Source: Candidatus Moraniibacteriota bacterium
GTDB lineage: Bacteria > Patescibacteriota > Minisyncoccia > Moranbacterales > UBA1568
Reading direction: 5' to 3'
Assembly (NCBI GenBank): GCA_043743535.1
Contig: JAYTWI010000020.1
Location: 10,039-74,038 of the forward strand
Length of the DNA stretch: 64,000 nucleotides
Part shown: piece by piece, positions 26,838-36,038 of the stretch
How the letters are laid out: every line of letters starts with the position of its first letter
How positions within the stretch are numbered: position 1 is the first letter of the stretch
Program-made: the position numbers and the translations under genes
The notes under the pieces: model-generated
Database searches by the model: none
The model's input: the letters and a program-made list of their open reading frames with translations, nothing else
What the model was told of the DNA's origin: nothing

Positions 26838-27800
26838 TTAGAATTTCCACACGAACAAATCCAATGAAACGAGCGGGTCGGCTTTGCCTTGTTTCAAAGC
26901 ACTGTCGATATCCGAGAGAAGGGAGAGTCCCTGTTTGAGGCGCGCCAGGGGAAAATATTCGATAACCGAGAGCACCTTCTGTACCACATAAGGCGAAAGT
27001 GATGTCGCCGAAACTACGTCAGAAGAGCGCCTGATACCACGATCGAAGACCTCTCGCACGATGATCATCTGTCGCACCTGCCATGCGCAAAGCGAAAGTA
27101 ACGGAAAGACTCCGGCCGGTTTCTTCCCCTCTTCATGGAACAAGAGTAAGGCGCGTTTTTTCTCACCCCGCCCCAAAGCATTCAGTGCTTGAAAGATCAT
27201 TTGCTCCTGCGGGCGCTCTAATAAGAGCTCAACGTCCGAAACCGTAATCTGCCCCGTTTCTTTGAAAGTCGTCAGTTTCTCCAATTCTGAAACAATACGC
27301 GCCGCATTATTGCCCGTAGCGGCCAGGAAAAGCTTCAAAGCCTGGGGATCAAAGGACAGTTCTTGCTCCAAAAGGGCAAGCTCTTTCTTTACCAAAGAGA
27401 GTCCCTGGTCTTTCGTAGAGCTGACCTCCTCTTCTTTATCCATAATCGGAAAAAGTGTTTTTGCCAGGAGCGACGTTTTTTTGATCTTGCCACTCTCTAC
27501 AAAAAGCAGGAGTAACTTCTCATCCGTCCCTTTCCTCTGTTCGGAGAGAAACGTCACAAGCATTTTTTCTGCTGTTTCCTCAAGCGTGAACGGGTGAAAA
27601 AAAACAACCATTTTTTCCGCTGAAAATAATCCGCTGGCAGAGGCCGCAAGCGCCTGCCCTATTCCCTCTACATCCTCCTTCCCTTCAAAATCAAAAACAA
27701 AAACTTCTCCTTTGGGATATTTTTTTTGAAATGCTTTGACAATCGCCCGTTTGCGGCGCCCGACCAAGAAATCATCTTCCCCGTGAAGCAATGTGATCAT
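26838..27800 (-). CDS. holA: DNA polymerase III delta subunit
   Basis: MITLLHGEDDFLV…, then a helical clamp-loader-like domain. Size fits (about 320 aa). Confidence 0.7.
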   Translation of the reverse strand: MITLLHGEDDFLVGRRKRAIVKAFQKKYPKGEVFVFDFEGKEDVEGIGQALAASASGLFSAEKMVVFFHPFTLEETAEKMLVTFLSEQRKGTDEKLLLLFVESGKIKKTSLLAKTLFPIMDKEEEVSSTKDQGLSLVKKELALLEQELSFDPQALKLFLAATGNNAARIVSELEKLTTFKETGQITVSDVELLLERPQEQMIFQALNALGRGEKKRALLLFHEEGKKPAGVFPLLSLCAWQVRQMIIVREVFDRGIRRSSDVVSATSLSPYVVQKVLSVIEYFPLARLKQGLSLLSDIDSALKQGKADPLVSLDLFVWKF

Positions 27801-27883
27801 AGGACTGTTTTCTTTCAATATTTCTCTAGTATAACAAAAAACAGACGCGCGGTCTGTTTTCTGCCTAAAAAGCGACGAAAGAG

Positions 27884-29077
27884 TTATTCAGCCGGGGTCC
27901 AGTTGAAAGCCTGTCCAGGCACCATCACCTCTACCCAGATCTGGCCGGGAACAAATTTGACCTCATTGCTACTTTCATCATAAAACGTCAGTTTGTTCTC
28001 AGCACTGGATTTGTCTTTGCGCCACGTACCACGGTATGTCTGACCATTCATATAATAGAAGGCGCTGCCACTGTCGATAGTATCAAACCATGGGTCACCT
28101 AACTGTAGATTATTGTAGCGACCGGAAATATTGGTCGGACCAGTTTTTTCTTCGGCTGGTAAACCATCCCATGGATCCTGTACTCCGCGTCCTTTGTAAT
28201 CAACCGTGGCCAAAATCTGTTCGTTCTCTGCTACGACGACGACGATATTCTTAGGAGCGATGCGTTCTTTGTTGTTACGATCAGTGTCCGGCACGCCACC
28301 CCAGGTACGTGGATAATTGTTGGCCTGTGGGGCGTAGTCATAGTCCGCCGCCATGATACCAGGATAACCGATGTGGAGATGACCACCCTTGGGCCTAGCA
28401 TCCATATTTGCCTCTTCTTGGTGCGGATAGCCCGCAAACTTGCTCTCCAGGCGGTAGCCAAAATTCTTCGCCCCCTCGAGTACTTTGGCAAACTTCACGT
28501 AACCAGTATCTTCGATACGCATCGGACCAGTGCGCTCTTTGCGGAAACAATACTCGGATGCCTTATGCCCACCCTGACCATTGCAGTCAAGGTTATCGAT
28601 TACGCCGTCATTCAATTTCTTGATAGCAAAGGCCGAGCCGCCCCAGCCGACAAAGATAGCGTCCAAACCCTTGGCCACATTGATATAATCATGCCGAGCG
28701 CTTCTGATCGAGCCTACTTCTTCCGGGTTACCGCACTGGTACACTCCCATCATCCGAGTGACGAAAATCCCCGTCGCTGGATTGGGCATTTCAAAAACCA
28801 TATCGGCCTGAGAGAGACCAGCCACTGGCCGCGCCTGCGAGTCTACTGGCTGCATAATTGCTACCGGACGACGGTTCCAGTCAGCACAAGAGACACCAGA
28901 AAGCGCTCCTACTGGACCCGTGTTGGCTGGACCAGTCGACGCCACCGACGGAGATTGATTCTTATTGTTTAGCTCGATTGGCTTGCGCGCCTGCTTGTTA
29001 CTGAAAGTAAAATAATAGACGAGCCCTCCTAATGTAAGCACTACCAAGAGAACAACCAACTTCTGTTTCGCACTCAT
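27884..29077 (-). CDS. DUF3048 domain-containing secreted/lipoprotein
   Basis: N-terminal TM/signal, then …RRPVAIMQPVDSQARPVAGLSQADMVFEMPNPATGIFVTRMMGVYQ (DUF3048 N-terminus). Confidence 0.7.
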   Translation of the reverse strand: MSAKQKLVVLLVVLTLGGLVYYFTFSNKQARKPIELNNKNQSPSVASTGPANTGPVGALSGVSCADWNRRPVAIMQPVDSQARPVAGLSQADMVFEMPNPATGIFVTRMMGVYQCGNPEEVGSIRSARHDYINVAKGLDAIFVGWGGSAFAIKKLNDGVIDNLDCNGQGGHKASEYCFRKERTGPMRIEDTGYVKFAKVLEGAKNFGYRLESKFAGYPHQEEANMDARPKGGHLHIGYPGIMAADYDYAPQANNYPRTWGGVPDTDRNNKERIAPKNIVVVVAENEQILATVDYKGRGVQDPWDGLPAEEKTGPTNISGRYNNLQLGDPWFDTIDSGSAFYYMNGQTYRGTWRKDKSSAENKLTFYDESSNEVKFVPGQIWVEVMVPGQAFNWTPAE

Positions 29078-29090
29078 ATATGTTTGATAA

Positions 29091-29942
29091 TTACTTTTGA
29101 CAGTGGGGGCAGAAGAAAACACTTCGACTGCCTAATACTTTTCGTTCTATTATTGTACCACATTTCTTGCATGGCTTCTTGGTTCGCCCATAGACAGAGA
29201 GCGTCTTCTGAAAGCGCCCTTCTAAGCCATCTGTATCACGAAAATCCCCGTCGCTCGTGCCGCGCAGCCTTACCGCGAGCCTGAGCACTCGTTTGATGGC
29301 TGGCAGTATCTTTTTCTCTTCATCGAATGAGAGGGTGCTGATGCGCCGCATAGGGAGCACCCCTGCGAGAAATAGTGCTTCACTACGGTAAATATTACCG
29401 ATACCAGCAATGTGATGCTGTTCCAGTAACATCTCCCCGATGGGGCGATTGGCTCGTAGTAACAGTAGTTCACCAAACATTTTTTGATTGAGTGTAGGTG
29501 AGAGGGCGTCAACCCCTAGGCTCGCGATGCTCGGCAATGTTTCCACTTCCCCCGTTTTCATAAGTTTAAGCCAGCCGAATTTTCGCATATCAGAGAACTC
29601 CAGTGTTGTGCCATCGGTGAACGTAAATATATGGTGGATGTAACCATTGACCCGATCTGCCGTAAAGGCCCGCGACTGACGATTACCTTCATTTTTGATC
29701 AAAAAATGCCCCGTCATCTTCAAATGAGCCACGATGGAATAGTCATTGGAAAGATCAATGATCACGTGCTTGCCCAAGCGCCTCGTCCCCGAAATAGTCG
29801 CTCCCTTGGTAAGACGGCGAAAGGTAGTCGGAGGCGTCAAGATTTTTTTTTGCCAATCACTCCAAAATCTGGCGATGGTTTTCCCCACGATCTTCTTCCT
29901 AAGCTGAGTAACCACTGTTTGTACTTCTGGTAGCTCGGGCAT
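29091..29942 (-). CDS. mutM: formamidopyrimidine-DNA glycosylase (Fpg/MutM)
   Basis: MPELPEVQTV… N-terminus (catalytic Pro2, Glu3). C-terminal zinc finger CKKCGTII…CPHCQ. Confidence 0.9.
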   Translation of the reverse strand: MPELPEVQTVVTQLRKKIVGKTIARFWSDWQKKILTPPTTFRRLTKGATISGTRRLGKHVIIDLSNDYSIVAHLKMTGHFLIKNEGNRQSRAFTADRVNGYIHHIFTFTDGTTLEFSDMRKFGWLKLMKTGEVETLPSIASLGVDALSPTLNQKMFGELLLLRANRPIGEMLLEQHHIAGIGNIYRSEALFLAGVLPMRRISTLSFDEEKKILPAIKRVLRLAVRLRGTSDGDFRDTDGLEGRFQKTLSVYGRTKKPCKKCGTIIERKVLGSRSVFFCPHCQK

Positions 29943-30127
29943 ATTCTGCGAAATTTCCAATGACTCAATTTTTTAAAAATGTTGCATGCGGTGACGCATA
30001 ATTCATTGTAATTCTTTTTGATGCGCAAAGCGAGATTGACGCAAAGTCTTTTTTCTGCTATACTACGGGGGTAATAAAGAACGGGTGTCCCCCGTTCTTT
30101 CTATTTTTAATCAGGTAAAACAAAGCT

Positions 30128-30481
30128 ATGACTGAAGGGAAATTTTATGCCGGTGGAGTACAACGCTTCTCTAGAGAGGGCAGTTCGTTACAAGAAAGAA
30201 GTATAAAATTCGATCAATCGCCCTTTCTCTTGAAGCTGGAGCAGCTACGAGCTGGTAATGCCAAAGAAATCGCTGAAAAATATGAAATTGGTAGGCTGGT
30301 AGATGATTTACTTTCCGATCATGACAGGGATCCAGGGCTACTGACAGAAGACATTTGTACCGATTTCCTCAATAGAAATCCTGGGTTTGAAGGCTATCAT
30401 CCTGCACTTGTCAGAGCCGTAGCCGAAGAAATCGAAGTAAAGCGAAGAGCAAAAGAGGCTCTACGAAATACCAAGCACTGA
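30128..30481 (+). CDS. hypothetical protein
   Basis: ORF only. Followed by a terminator. Confidence 0.35.
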   Translation: MTEGKFYAGGVQRFSREGSSLQERSIKFDQSPFLLKLEQLRAGNAKEIAEKYEIGRLVDDLLSDHDRDPGLLTEDICTDFLNRNPGFEGYHPALVRAVAEEIEVKRRAKEALRNTKH

Positions 30482-30487
30482 AACTTA

Positions 30488-30514
30488 ATACCGGCTTCGC
30501 AGCCGGTTTTTTCT
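30488..30514 (+). terminator. rho-independent terminator
   Basis: ACCGGCttcgcaGCCGGTtttttc. Confidence 0.65.
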
Positions 30515-30565
30515 TGTCTTTCTTCCCTAACAAGCTCATCGACTCATAGGACTGTAAAGCTCTTC

Positions 30566-33181
30566 CTAAATTTCTCCCCAGTTTTTCCCAACAAGTGTCT
30601 CGGCGATAAGCGGCACACGAAGGGGATAAACACTCTCCATCGCTTTTTTAATTTCTCGAACAAAGATCTCCGCTTTTTCTTCTTTGACCTCAAAAATCAA
30701 TTCATCGTGCACCTGTAGCAGCATCCGAGCATCAGCGCCATATTTCGCCACTACTTTTTCACAGGCGAGCATGGCAAGCTTCATAATATCCGCTGCCAAG
30801 CCTTGGATGGGCATATTGATCGCCATCCGTTCGGCCGCCCGGGCAATTTGCACATTGCCACTTTCAATCTCTTTGGTATAGCGCCGCCGCCCCAATTCCG
30901 TTTCCACATAATGATTTTTTCTGGCTCCCTCTTTCATCTCTTCGATATATTTCGCCACGCCAGAAAATTTTTCAAAATACGCTTGAATGAACTGCGCCGC
31001 TTCCTTTTGATCAATCTCGGCTGCCTGGGATAATCCGTACGCTCCCATACCGTACATAATACCGAAATTGAAAACCTTGGCCTGACGACGCATTTCCGGG
31101 GTCACTTCTTCCGGGGTCACTTTGTAGACTACCGAAGCGGTGGTTTTGTGGACATCTTCCTGATGGCGGAAGGCCGCCACTAACGCTTTATCCTGGCTCA
31201 AATGAGCCATCATTCGCAGTTCAATCTGAGAATAGTCCGCCCCCACCAAAACATAGCCCTTGTCCGCTTCAAAGGCTCCACGGATGCGTTCGCTCCACAC
31301 GCTCCTTGCAGGAATATTTTGCAAATTCGGATCCATGGAAGAGAGTCGTCCAGTTGACGCCACTGCCTGATGGTAGGTGGTATGGATGCGGCCATCAGAT
31401 TGTACCAATCCCGGCAGAACATCGAGGTAGGTATTTTTCAATTTTGTTAGCTCACGGTAATGCTCAATTTTCTCGATGATGGGATAGGCTTTCAATTTTT
31501 GCAATTCAGGAGAGGCAGTGGAAATACCCGTCTTGGTTTTCTTAATGTTGCTCGTGGGAATACCGAGATCCTCGAAAAGAACCACTGCCAGCTGTTTGGG
31601 CGAATTGATATTGAACTCTTTGTCAGCAAAAGTGTAGATGCTTTTTTCAAGCTTGGTAATTTCCACCGCCAGTTCCGCTGACAATTCTTGCAATTTCTTG
31701 CCATTCAAAATAATGCCATTTTTCTCCATAACAAAGAGCGTGCAGAGAAGTGGCATTTCAATGTTTTCAAAAACAGTAGAGAGCGTCTTACTTTTCGTTT
31801 GTGTCTTACTCACTTCATGCAATTTTTCCCGATAGCGCTCCTCCAATTTCAGTAGATAGGGTGCCGCAAAAAACGGAGTCTCCTCACTGTATTCGACAAG
31901 CACCAAGTATTCCAGATCGACATTGCCCCCAGAATCCAAAAGATAGGCTGCAAGCAAAACATCGAAAATAACTCCCCGTAAAATAATTCCCTCCCCATCG
32001 AACACATGCATAAGCGCCTTGGCATCGTAAAGAACTTTCGCCATTTTTTCGTCTTGCAAAAATGGCTTGAGAACTTTTTTATTTTCTTCGTTCCATGTAA
32101 CCACAAAACTTTCTTCTCCATGTGCCGACAAATGAACTGATTGTATGGCCGCCCCAAAAAGTGACTGGGTTTCTTGCTCCACCCACAAAGCTATTTTCTT
32201 CCCCCGCGACTTTTGAAAAAACTCCTCAATTTCTTTTTTTGTTTTCAGTGCCTGTTCCTTCGTTTTCTTCTCTTTTTTTCCTGCCTCTTGCTTCATATCT
32301 CCTCCCCCAGCACTGCCTGCTAAACGCTTTATCAAGCTGAAAAACCCCAAGTGCTGAAACATCTTGGTGATGGTGCTCCGCTCAAAATCTGTGGCTAAAG
32401 CGGCAGTCAAATCGAGATGCACCGGTACCGCCGTATGTATCCGTCCCAAATCACGCGATAAAAAGGCCTTCTCTTTATCAGCGGCCAATTTCATCTGCAC
32501 CGCCGGTTTCAATTCTGCCAGTGCCGCATACACTCCCTCGAGATTAGTATATTTTTGCAACAATTCCGTGGCAGTTTTTTCGCCAATACCTTTCACACCC
32601 GGAATATTATCCGATGGGTCACCACGCAAACCCTTATAGTCGGGCAGCTGCTCTGGCGTAAATCCATATTTGGCAAACACTCCCTTTTCATCAAAGAGTA
32701 CCAGATCCTTGATTCCCTTACGAATAGAAAATACTTTGACATGTGCCGTGACCAATTGCAGAATATCGTTGTCTCCGGTCACGATGATCACGTCGACTCC
32801 TTCTTTCTCCGCCTGCCGAGCCAGCGTCCCCACACAGTCGTCTGCCTCGAAACCAGCCTGTTCATAAATAGGAATATTGAAGGCGCGCACCACTTCTTTG
32901 ACCAGCGGAAATTGCGCCACCAAATCATCTGGCGTCTTGGTACGCGTCGCTTTGTAGTCGACATACATCTCATCACGAAACGTTTTGCCCGGTAAATCGA
33001 AAGAAGCCGCGATATATTCCGGATGAAATTTTTCCAAAACCGCGAGCAAAGTCATCGAGAAACCATAAACCGCATTGACCACTTGACCGTCTTTGCTCGT
33101 GAGTGGCGGCAAAGCATGGTACGCCCGATGAATGAGCGCGTTACCATCAAGCAGAACCAAAATTTTGGGATGTTTTTGCAT
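30566..33181 (-). CDS. polA: DNA polymerase I
   Basis: 5'-3' exonuclease N-terminus (LLDGNALIHRAYHAL). Pol motifs RRQAKVFNFGIMYGM and LLQVHDELIFE. Confidence 0.95.
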   Translation of the reverse strand: MQKHPKILVLLDGNALIHRAYHALPPLTSKDGQVVNAVYGFSMTLLAVLEKFHPEYIAASFDLPGKTFRDEMYVDYKATRTKTPDDLVAQFPLVKEVVRAFNIPIYEQAGFEADDCVGTLARQAEKEGVDVIIVTGDNDILQLVTAHVKVFSIRKGIKDLVLFDEKGVFAKYGFTPEQLPDYKGLRGDPSDNIPGVKGIGEKTATELLQKYTNLEGVYAALAELKPAVQMKLAADKEKAFLSRDLGRIHTAVPVHLDLTAALATDFERSTITKMFQHLGFFSLIKRLAGSAGGGDMKQEAGKKEKKTKEQALKTKKEIEEFFQKSRGKKIALWVEQETQSLFGAAIQSVHLSAHGEESFVVTWNEENKKVLKPFLQDEKMAKVLYDAKALMHVFDGEGIILRGVIFDVLLAAYLLDSGGNVDLEYLVLVEYSEETPFFAAPYLLKLEERYREKLHEVSKTQTKSKTLSTVFENIEMPLLCTLFVMEKNGIILNGKKLQELSAELAVEITKLEKSIYTFADKEFNINSPKQLAVVLFEDLGIPTSNIKKTKTGISTASPELQKLKAYPIIEKIEHYRELTKLKNTYLDVLPGLVQSDGRIHTTYHQAVASTGRLSSMDPNLQNIPARSVWSERIRGAFEADKGYVLVGADYSQIELRMMAHLSQDKALVAAFRHQEDVHKTTASVVYKVTPEEVTPEMRRQAKVFNFGIMYGMGAYGLSQAAEIDQKEAAQFIQAYFEKFSGVAKYIEEMKEGARKNHYVETELGRRRYTKEIESGNVQIARAAERMAINMPIQGLAADIMKLAMLACEKVVAKYGADARMLLQVHDELIFEVKEEKAEIFVREIKKAMESVYPLRVPLIAETLVGKNWGEI

Positions 33182-33185
33182 ACTC

Positions 33186-34337
33186 CTACTTTCCGTTTTC
33201 CTCCAAAAAATTGTTGAGATAATTTTCTCGATTGATCACCAAAAACACACTCTCGGGGTAGCTGGCTCGCCAAAGCTTTGGCTCTTTTGCATCGGCCTGC
33301 CATTTGCATTCGATGGCCGTCAACATTCCACTACTCTCACGAATGATATCCACTTCTTTGCCAGTATGTGTGCGCCAAAAGTAGTACTGGTCATTTTTCC
33401 TCTGCAAAATGCTTTGTTTGTATAATTCCATAAAAACAAAATTTTCCCAGAGACTCCCCATATCGTTCCGATTGGTCAGGCTATTGAACTGTCCGATGAC
33501 GGCATTACGCACCCCTAAATCAAGAAAATAATATTTCGATTTCTTGGAAATTTCATTGCGCAGATTACGATTAAAACCACGCACTTTCTTGATAACAAAC
33601 ATCTTCTCCAATACATCGAGATAGCGCCCCACCGTCTTCACATCGGTTTTCACTGTATTGGCGATCTCATTCTGCGAGACCTCGTTGCCGATTTGAAACG
33701 CCAGACATTTCGTAATATCACGCAACAAATCAGGCGACTTGATCTTATCCAAAACCAAAATATCTTTATACAGATAGGAGGAAACGAGTTCGTTCAATAT
33801 CCGCTCTTTATCAAAACGATCCTTGGTAACCAACACTTCTGGATACGAGCCGTAAATAAGAAAATCGTCCAAAGTATTTTGCAGTTCAAATCGACTCCCG
33901 CTCATTTCTGATTGAGCGAGTGGTAGAAGCGTCAAGGTAAAATGTCGCCCCGTCAATGGCTCACCGATTTTTGATGACAGGTCAAATGAGGAGGATCCGG
34001 TGAGAATCAGTTCTTTTTCAGGGAAAGCATCGATAATCATTTTTGTTCCCAGACCAATACTCGGCACCTGTTGTGCTTCGTCGATGGCAATGATGTCATA
34101 CGGTCTCGCAAAATCCAAAAGGTCGTCTCGCATTTCTTTCCCAAAAAGCTCCCGTATCCGAAAATCGTCTCCGGTGACAGAAAAAATTGCTCTCTTCCCC
34201 TGTTTTGCGAGATAAGCATTAAGGAGGGTCGTCTTCCCTACTCTTCGTGGTCCATAGATAACCAGAGCGCGTTTTGGTGCCACTACACTCTCTATATCCT
34301 GTTTCCGAAGGAATTTCATATATTTATGGTACACCAA
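33186..34337 (-). CDS. AAA+ ATPase (AAA_14 + DUF4143 family)
   Basis: Walker A VIYGPRRVGKTTLL. Typical DUF4143 C-terminus. Confidence 0.85.
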   Translation of the reverse strand: MVYHKYMKFLRKQDIESVVAPKRALVIYGPRRVGKTTLLNAYLAKQGKRAIFSVTGDDFRIRELFGKEMRDDLLDFARPYDIIAIDEAQQVPSIGLGTKMIIDAFPEKELILTGSSSFDLSSKIGEPLTGRHFTLTLLPLAQSEMSGSRFELQNTLDDFLIYGSYPEVLVTKDRFDKERILNELVSSYLYKDILVLDKIKSPDLLRDITKCLAFQIGNEVSQNEIANTVKTDVKTVGRYLDVLEKMFVIKKVRGFNRNLRNEISKKSKYYFLDLGVRNAVIGQFNSLTNRNDMGSLWENFVFMELYKQSILQRKNDQYYFWRTHTGKEVDIIRESSGMLTAIECKWQADAKEPKLWRASYPESVFLVINRENYLNNFLEENGK

Positions 34338-34630
34338 ACCATAAATATTGTCAAATATATGGTTTTCAATACCATATATTTACATTTTATAACACAGTAA
34401 TCAGTGGTGACAGTGCGTAATAGACCCGATGGATAATGGCATTCCCATCTTGCCAGAATGCCTATAAATAGGCGGGTCGAGCAACACCAAAACTTTCAGA
34501 CGTTTTCCATGTTTTCAGTATACGTCCCCCCGCTCTAATCTCGCAAAAAAAGCTAGAGGAAGAGTCGCTGTGGAATTTTAGTGAACCAGCATCGCTGCTA
34601 CTGCCACAAACTCAGTTTCATTGGAATGAC

Positions 34631-35953
34631 TTAGATACTTCGCAAATCCCAGGATTCTATCGAGTTGCTTTTTAGAGGTGATAACGTCTCCCGACCAACG
34701 AACTGCCTCCTTACTATTTCCTCAAAAACAGCACATATTTTTTCCGCATCGACTGTAGGATCATATGTAGCAAATTTTTGTGGGTTATAGTTTGATTGGA
34801 ATGTCTCTAGAGCCATGGTCATCATTTCCTCTCGAGTCGGGGTAGTATAGCCGTCCTTGCCCAGGGCTCTCCAATATTTCCTGAGTGAGAGAACACAATC
34901 ACGCATATCTTTCATATATCCTACTCTCACATCTCTGTACATATTCGTTCTGGCACTGATGTCATCATTCTCAAAACCAGGCAACTTATTAATATTAATA
35001 CTTTTCACCGCAGCAGTATCAACAATCTCTCCCATCAACGTCAAGTTGGAAGAGTGCATGTGATAGTAAGTTAGTCCGTGAGAGATAAGAAGCGCCAGGT
35101 TCTTAATATGTTGCTTGAACATCGTGTCAAAGTACATTCTTTGGTGCTCTGGATTATCAATCTGTAGCTGGGGCGTATCTCTTTTTTCAAGTTTTGCTTC
35201 CTCGTTGAAAGCCCCATATACGGCTAAAAGCATATCTTTTTTATCTTTTCCATTTTCACTTTCTACATATTCTTCTATCCTTCGATTACTTCTCAGAAGC
35301 CTCACGCCCATGTATGGCCTATTTTGTTCACTAGCGTCTACGATGCCCCGTTCTCGTGCTTGATCCAAATTAAGCAGTTCCCCATTAAAACTTACCTTAT
35401 TTACCTGAGCAATAACCCAGTAGAGTTCTGATCGAATGCCAATAGCAGTCAGTCTTTTTGTTAATTCGACCAGATCATACATCCATTCAAAATCCTCCCT
35501 CGTTGCATGCCCCAAATTTATAGTACTTCCATATTCATTACGCGTTTTAAGGGAGGAGGGGCTGTTGTCCTTCATAACTTCACCCTTTACCATTCCGATA
35601 CCCTTGGTAGAAATATCAAAGTAATGATGCTCTATACCAGATTCGTCAGGGTATGAGGTGTGCCCAGGCGTGTCCACTGAACGCCAGTGTGGTGGCCTTC
35701 CTAAGACAACATTCTTCGTTCCGTCACTATTATCAATCATGTATAAAAAATCTTCGGCTTGTGCATTGCCATCAGCCTGAATTTTCTGATTTTTAAAAAC
35801 GATCTGATAGTCCTCGGGTTTCAAGGTTTCAAGCAGTACTGGGTGCGGATTAACGCCAGCAATAGTTCTTCCTCCGCGCTCCAGTCCCTCTGTTTTTCGC
35901 GGATCAGGAATGCGACTATAGCCTGCAAAATGTGGCTGCTCTAAAGTGCGCAT
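34631..35953 (-). CDS. hypothetical protein (440 aa), downstream of the giant repeat protein gene
   Basis: ORF in an AT-rich segment. No confident domain assignment. Confidence 0.5.
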   Translation of the reverse strand: MRTLEQPHFAGYSRIPDPRKTEGLERGGRTIAGVNPHPVLLETLKPEDYQIVFKNQKIQADGNAQAEDFLYMIDNSDGTKNVVLGRPPHWRSVDTPGHTSYPDESGIEHHYFDISTKGIGMVKGEVMKDNSPSSLKTRNEYGSTINLGHATREDFEWMYDLVELTKRLTAIGIRSELYWVIAQVNKVSFNGELLNLDQARERGIVDASEQNRPYMGVRLLRSNRRIEEYVESENGKDKKDMLLAVYGAFNEEAKLEKRDTPQLQIDNPEHQRMYFDTMFKQHIKNLALLISHGLTYYHMHSSNLTLMGEIVDTAAVKSININKLPGFENDDISARTNMYRDVRVGYMKDMRDCVLSLRKYWRALGKDGYTTPTREEMMTMALETFQSNYNPQKFATYDPTVDAEKICAVFEEIVRRQFVGRETLSPLKSNSIESWDLRSI

Positions 35954-36038
35954 AAAGTATAGTTAGTTTATACAACATTTTTGAATAAGGTCGGTACAAT
36001 CATGACACGATAGAATAATTACTTCTCTTTTGCCTACT

